A DNA stretch of 64,000 nucleotides from assembly GCA_963825525.1 (NCBI GenBank), contig CAWGTN010000002.1, forward strand, positions 96,001 through 160,000, given 5' to 3'. Numbering within the stretch: the stretch's first letter is position 1; every line of letters starts with the position of its first letter. This DNA is from an uncultured Chloroflexia bacterium. Lineage in GTDB: Bacteria; Chloroflexota; Limnocylindria; QHBO01. Positions 60,254 through 64,000 of the stretch are shown in pieces. Below the pieces are notes generated by a model. That model was not told where the DNA came from. It searched no databases and saw only the letters and a program-made list of their open reading frames with translations. Made by a program: the position numbers and the translations under genes.

Positions 60254-60484
60254 CTACTCAGCAGCGGTGAGCAGCCGCGGCGCTGGTTCGCCCGATTGGA
60301 CCCCCAGGATCCACGCCGCGTCGCTTTCGACGAGGCGCTGCTGGATGCGGGCCCAGTAGACGTCACGCTCGCCGGGCTCGCGAATGGCACGCCGATCAAA
60401 CAGCGCGAGGCTGCGGAGCCACGACGAGAATCGGGGAGCTCGGCGGGTGCGGAGGGCCGCCAGCTCGATGTCGAGTTGGGTCAT
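60254..60484 (-). CDS. small hypothetical protein
   Basis: Fills the gap between genes; no motif recognised. Confidence 0.45.
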   Translation of the reverse strand: MTQLDIELAALRTRRAPRFSSWLRSLALFDRRAIREPGERDVYWARIQQRLVESDAAWILGVQSGEPAPRLLTAAE

Positions 60485-60576
60485 GTGCGCCGCAGTCTGA
60501 ACCGGCCGCCTTCACATGGGAACGTCCCACTCGGCCTATTCCCACCCGTACCATTCGCTTGTCGACGCCCGATGCG

Positions 60577-61359
60577 TCAGCGAGGATCGAGCTTCAGCAG
60601 ACCGAACATCGCCCCGTGCGGATCGGTGATGATCGCGAACCGTCCACCCGGCATGTCGCTCGGCGACACCACCTCGGATGCGCCGCCATCGACCGCGCGC
60701 CGGAACGCGTCGTCGACATCGGCGACGTTGAAGTAGACCATCCAGTAGCTCGGCACCTCGGCGGGGACCATCGGCATCATCTCGAGCCCTCCGACGATCG
60801 GCTGGCCACCGGCGCTGAACGTCGTGTAGTCGGGCTGGCCTTCGCCCATCGGGCTCGTCTCGGCGGTCCATCCGAAGACATCGGCGTAGAACTTCGTCGC
60901 CTTGTCGATGCCGCGTGCGTTCAGCTCGGCCCAGCCGAACGCGCCCTCTCCCTCGGTGCGGAAGCTGCGCATGCCGGCCGCCTGCCAGGCCGATATGAAC
61001 GCGCCGCTCGCATCCTGGAAGACCGCCATGCGTCCCATGTCGCCGACGTCGAATGCCGGGGCGACGACGGTGCCGCCAGCCGCCTGGACCGCGTCGCCCA
61101 GGGCAGCGGCGTCGTCTGTCGCGAGGTAGAGCGTCCATGTGGTGGGTGCTTCGGGGTTCATCTTGCCGCCGATGCCGGCCACGTCGCCCTCGCCGTCCGC
61201 GAGCCGCGCCATGCCGTAGCCGCCGTACTGCGGATCGGGGGAGACCTCGATATTCCAGCCGAAGAGCTTGCCGTAGAACGCGCGCGACGCCTCCGGGTCA
61301 GGGCTCGAGAGCTCTACCCACGCCGGGCGCCCCGTCGCGATCGCCGTCTGGTCTGCCAT
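60577..61359 (-). CDS. two-domain VOC protein (Cfp32-like)
   Basis: GRPAWVEL..DPEASRAFYGKLFGW...FGWAEL...FYADVFGW...DPHGA; GAGGAG RBS. Confidence 0.93.
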   Translation of the reverse strand: MADQTAIATGRPAWVELSSPDPEASRAFYGKLFGWNIEVSPDPQYGGYGMARLADGEGDVAGIGGKMNPEAPTTWTLYLATDDAAALGDAVQAAGGTVVAPAFDVGDMGRMAVFQDASGAFISAWQAAGMRSFRTEGEGAFGWAELNARGIDKATKFYADVFGWTAETSPMGEGQPDYTTFSAGGQPIVGGLEMMPMVPAEVPSYWMVYFNVADVDDAFRRAVDGGASEVVSPSDMPGGRFAIITDPHGAMFGLLKLDPR

Positions 61360-61629
61360 GAGATCTCCTCTTCGCTCGTCGCTGATCGCGCCAAACCGCG
61401 GGTCGAGCGCGGGTGTGGCAGGAATTGACGATGGTGCCGCATTCTGTGCGGGCTAGGTGGGCGAAATAGCGAGGCCCGGGAGCCGGCTTGGCTCTCGGGC
61501 ACTTCGTTCACTGCCGAATAGGTGGCTCTTCGCAGGTACTGTACGCCATCGATCCGGGCGACGTGACCTGCCCTCCAGCCCAAGTGGGCTGTACCCTCAA
61601 CTGATCGGACTTATCAGGAGGGTGGATCG

Positions 61630-62691
61630 ATGCCCATGCGCTTCCGGCGCAGCATCAAGATCAGCAAGGGCGTGCGCCTCAATGTCAGCAAGAGCGGCTT
61701 CGGCGTGTCGGCTGGCGGTCGCGGTGCGCGCTACAGCGTGCACAGCTCTGGCCGGCGCACGACCTCGGTTGGCATCCCCGGTTCCGGCGTCGGCTTCGTG
61801 TCGACCTCGACGAGCGGCAGCCGGAGATCGTCCAGCGGAGGCCCTCGCTCCCGCAGCCAGCAGGTCGTGCTGCCGCCGCAGAATTACGCCGCAGTGCTGC
61901 CCAAGCCCGGGATGTTCAGCGGCAAGACCGAGAAGCGCTACCACGAGGGCGTCCATGCCTACCTGCGCGGGGAGCACCAGCAGGCGCTTACGGCGCTCGA
62001 AGATGTCCTGGCTGCCGATCCGTCTGCGCTCAGCGCGCACTTGATCGCCGCGATCTGCGTCGGCAAGGTCGATGGTCCCGATGCGGATCAGATCCGTCAC
62101 TTCGAAGCGCTGATCAGCTCCGACGCCGCGATGCCCGACAAGTTGCAGATGAAGTACCTGCCGCCGGGCATCGTCAGCCTAACGCTGATGGGCAAGATCA
62201 CCGACAACATCAATGCTGAGGTGCCCTTCGACTCCGCCGGCGCCACCCTGCTCCTGGCGGAGCACTACCAGGAGGCCGATCGGCTCGAGGACGCTATCGG
62301 TCTGGTCCAGCAGCTCTACGAGGCCAACCCGAGCGATCCGGTCATCAAGCTCTCTTTGGCCGATCTGCTGATGGCCGATGGCGACCATGACGGCGTGGTG
62401 GAAGTGGCGGCCGGCGTGACCAACGACAGCGACCTCGGGGCGGCCATGCTGCACCTGCGCGGCGCGGCGCTGTTTGCACTCGGCCATCAGACCGGCGCCC
62501 TCGACTCGTTCAAAGAGGCGCTGGCCAAGCCGAGCAGAGATGCCGAGCTGCTGAAGGTCATCCGCTATGACCGAGCACTGGCGTACGAGGTGGCAGGCCA
62601 GAAGGGCCGGGCGAAGCAGGATCTCGAGCGCATCTTCGCCCAGGATCCCAGCTACCTCGACGTTCGCGAGCGACTCGCGGGAATGGGATAG
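61630..62691 (+). CDS. DUF4236 + TPR domain protein
   Basis: MRFRRSIKISKGVRLNVSKSGFGVSAG...SVGIPGSG; TPR helices; AGGAGG RBS. Confidence 0.88.
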   Translation: MPMRFRRSIKISKGVRLNVSKSGFGVSAGGRGARYSVHSSGRRTTSVGIPGSGVGFVSTSTSGSRRSSSGGPRSRSQQVVLPPQNYAAVLPKPGMFSGKTEKRYHEGVHAYLRGEHQQALTALEDVLAADPSALSAHLIAAICVGKVDGPDADQIRHFEALISSDAAMPDKLQMKYLPPGIVSLTLMGKITDNINAEVPFDSAGATLLLAEHYQEADRLEDAIGLVQQLYEANPSDPVIKLSLADLLMADGDHDGVVEVAAGVTNDSDLGAAMLHLRGAALFALGHQTGALDSFKEALAKPSRDAELLKVIRYDRALAYEVAGQKGRAKQDLERIFAQDPSYLDVRERLAGMG

Positions 62692-62709
62692 CCGCTCGCG
62701 GTGACGGCT

Positions 62710-63168
62710 CTACCGGCGGCGTGCTGACTTCTCTGCGAAGTGAGCGAGCTCCCGCGGCTCGCCGCGAGTTCCCAGCAGGAAGTAGCGAGGCCGCTTCGCC
62801 TCGTAGCGGCTCTCCAGCCATGGCATCCACCGAGCGAGCAGTGCAAAGCGGTCCTTCATTGACATCCCCTTGGCCCGCGGGAGTCGGATGAAGACTGCGC
62901 TGACCTTCAGCTTCTCCACCAGCGGCTTGTAGGCGGCCCGCTTCCTGGCATCGATGTCCTGGGTGATCCAGACTGCGCCCCAGTGGCCGCAGAATTTGAT
63001 GACGTCGGGATCGTCGGACGATCCCAACCCGACTTCGTCGTTGGATCGTGCGTTGAACGCGACATGCGCGAACGCGCGGGCCACGCCCGGCGCGAGGTTC
63101 TCATCGATGAGAAAGCGGACGCCGTCAGGGTCGAAGGGATCGGCTACGCGACTAGCTGGCGTTCCCAC
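62710..63168 (-). CDS. PIN-like toxin (VapC45/DUF5615-type)
   Basis: FLIDENL...SDDPDVI...WITQD; start uncertain. Confidence 0.8.
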   Translation of the reverse strand: MGTPASRVADPFDPDGVRFLIDENLAPGVARAFAHVAFNARSNDEVGLGSSDDPDVIKFCGHWGAVWITQDIDARKRAAYKPLVEKLKVSAVFIRLPRAKGMSMKDRFALLARWMPWLESRYEAKRPRYFLLGTRGEPRELAHFAEKSARRR

Positions 63169-63830
63169 TCAGCCGCTCGTTCGATCTTGTCCTGGTCAAC
63201 TCCGTAGAGCCGTGCCAGTTGGGCGGGACTGTCGCCGGCGGAGATTGCTTGGAAGATCGAGCGCGTCGGGATGCGAGTCCCCTCGATACACGTGAGTCCG
63301 AACTGGGTCGCCGGGCGCGCCTCGACATCCTCGGCGGGGCGCCAGGCCGCCACGCGTTCGCCTTCGTACGTCAGTTGATGCTTGATGTCGCTGACTAGTT
63401 CCGGCACCTGCACCTGCTTGAGCTGAATGATCGTCAGCGCGACCTGACCGCCGCGGTTTGCGGCAATGACCGCGTCAGCTCCTCGATGCTGCTCGGCCGG
63501 CACCTTGATGAGGACGTCCCCACCGGCGGTCCAGAGACCCTGATGAACGAATGGATGGCCCCAGCCGAAGCGCTGCCGTAGGTCAGCTTCGGCCTTCATC
63601 ACTTCGCGCAGTTTCACGCCGTGGCGACGGAACTCGTGCACGAACAACAGGGAGACCAGGTCGTCGAAGCTGACGAGATCGTCACGCCAGGTCCTCCCCC
63701 TGCCTTCTCGCTCAAGCCATCGGCGCGCTGTACTGGACGGGATCCGCGCGTAGCGCGATGCGTCGGCAATCGAGTACAGGCCAAGATGCGTCACTTCAGC
63801 GGTCATTGCTGTCATCGTACTTGCTGTCAC
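63144..63830 (-). CDS. HTH + DUF433 antitoxin (VapB45-type)
   Basis: GLYSIADASRYARIPSSTARRW, VSFDDL, HPF, QFGLTCIEGTRIPT...LARLYGV. Confidence 0.85.
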   Translation of the reverse strand: MTASTMTAMTAEVTHLGLYSIADASRYARIPSSTARRWLEREGRGRTWRDDLVSFDDLVSLLFVHEFRRHGVKLREVMKAEADLRQRFGWGHPFVHQGLWTAGGDVLIKVPAEQHRGADAVIAANRGGQVALTIIQLKQVQVPELVSDIKHQLTYEGERVAAWRPAEDVEARPATQFGLTCIEGTRIPTRSIFQAISAGDSPAQLARLYGVDQDKIERAAEWERQLVA

Positions 63831-63833
63831 GCT

Positions 63834-64000
63834 TCAGAAGTCCTCGCCCGCTGGTACGAGATCGGCCGGGACGGGTGCCGTTGGCGGCGGCGTTTCCTTC
63901 TTTCGCTTCGGGCTCCCGGTCCCCTTCGTCCGCCCCGGCTTCTTGGTCTTCCGGCGCTTCGCCTGGTCGTGGCACTCCTTGCAGTTGTTCAGCTGCTTGG
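63834..64000 (-). CDS. 3' end of a gene with CxxCH motif and basic tail (5' part beyond window)
   Basis: Reads KQLNNCKECHDQAKRRKTKKPG...AGEDF*. Confidence 0.55.
   Translation of the reverse strand, partial: KQLNNCKECHDQAKRRKTKKPGRTKGTGSPKRKKETPPPTAPVPADLVPAGEDF

Noticed and set aside
61400-61629. tRNA/tmRNA att site or ncRNA
   Set aside because: No cloverleaf, T-loop or CCA end visible; only a hairpin.

Overview
This is a GC-rich bacterial chromosomal window. The gene style suggests Chloroflexota or an actinobacterium-like lineage, which is an inference only. It contains about 75 CDS and no rRNA, tRNA or CRISPR array that I can detect. The first ~40 kb is a dense run of small detoxification/ligand-binding genes (many VOC/glyoxalase, DinB, alpha/beta-hydrolase, GNAT, PNPOx-like and SRPBCC genes) with one-component regulators and two ECF sigma factors. 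After that come dnaE, an AI-2E transporter, a MASE1-GAF-GGDEF cyclase, a polar amino-acid ABC system, a Rieske oxygenase, a NarL-type two-component system and, at the right edge, a DUF4236-TPR gene and a DUF433/PIN toxin-antitoxin pair. Apparent single-base frameshifts in several genes, including dnaE, point to uncorrected sequencing errors. Most notable: (1) a two-gene cassette at 24838-27963 encoding a leader-bearing protein with two 77-aa Q/N-patterned beta-repeats beside a PqqD/RRE-like + M50 protease + CxxC beta-repeat fusion, a candidate leader-directed fibre/amyloid export system; (2) several families of ~115-132 bp long-palindrome elements, one of which is tandemly duplicated at, and overlaps, the 3' end of an HTH + PD-(D/E)XK nuclease gene and recurs ~45 kb away; (3) an ABC substrate-binding protein with an internal segment apparently moved to its N-terminus; (4) duplicated VOC 3' ends alternating with reverse-strand cargo genes, including a HEPN-motif gene.
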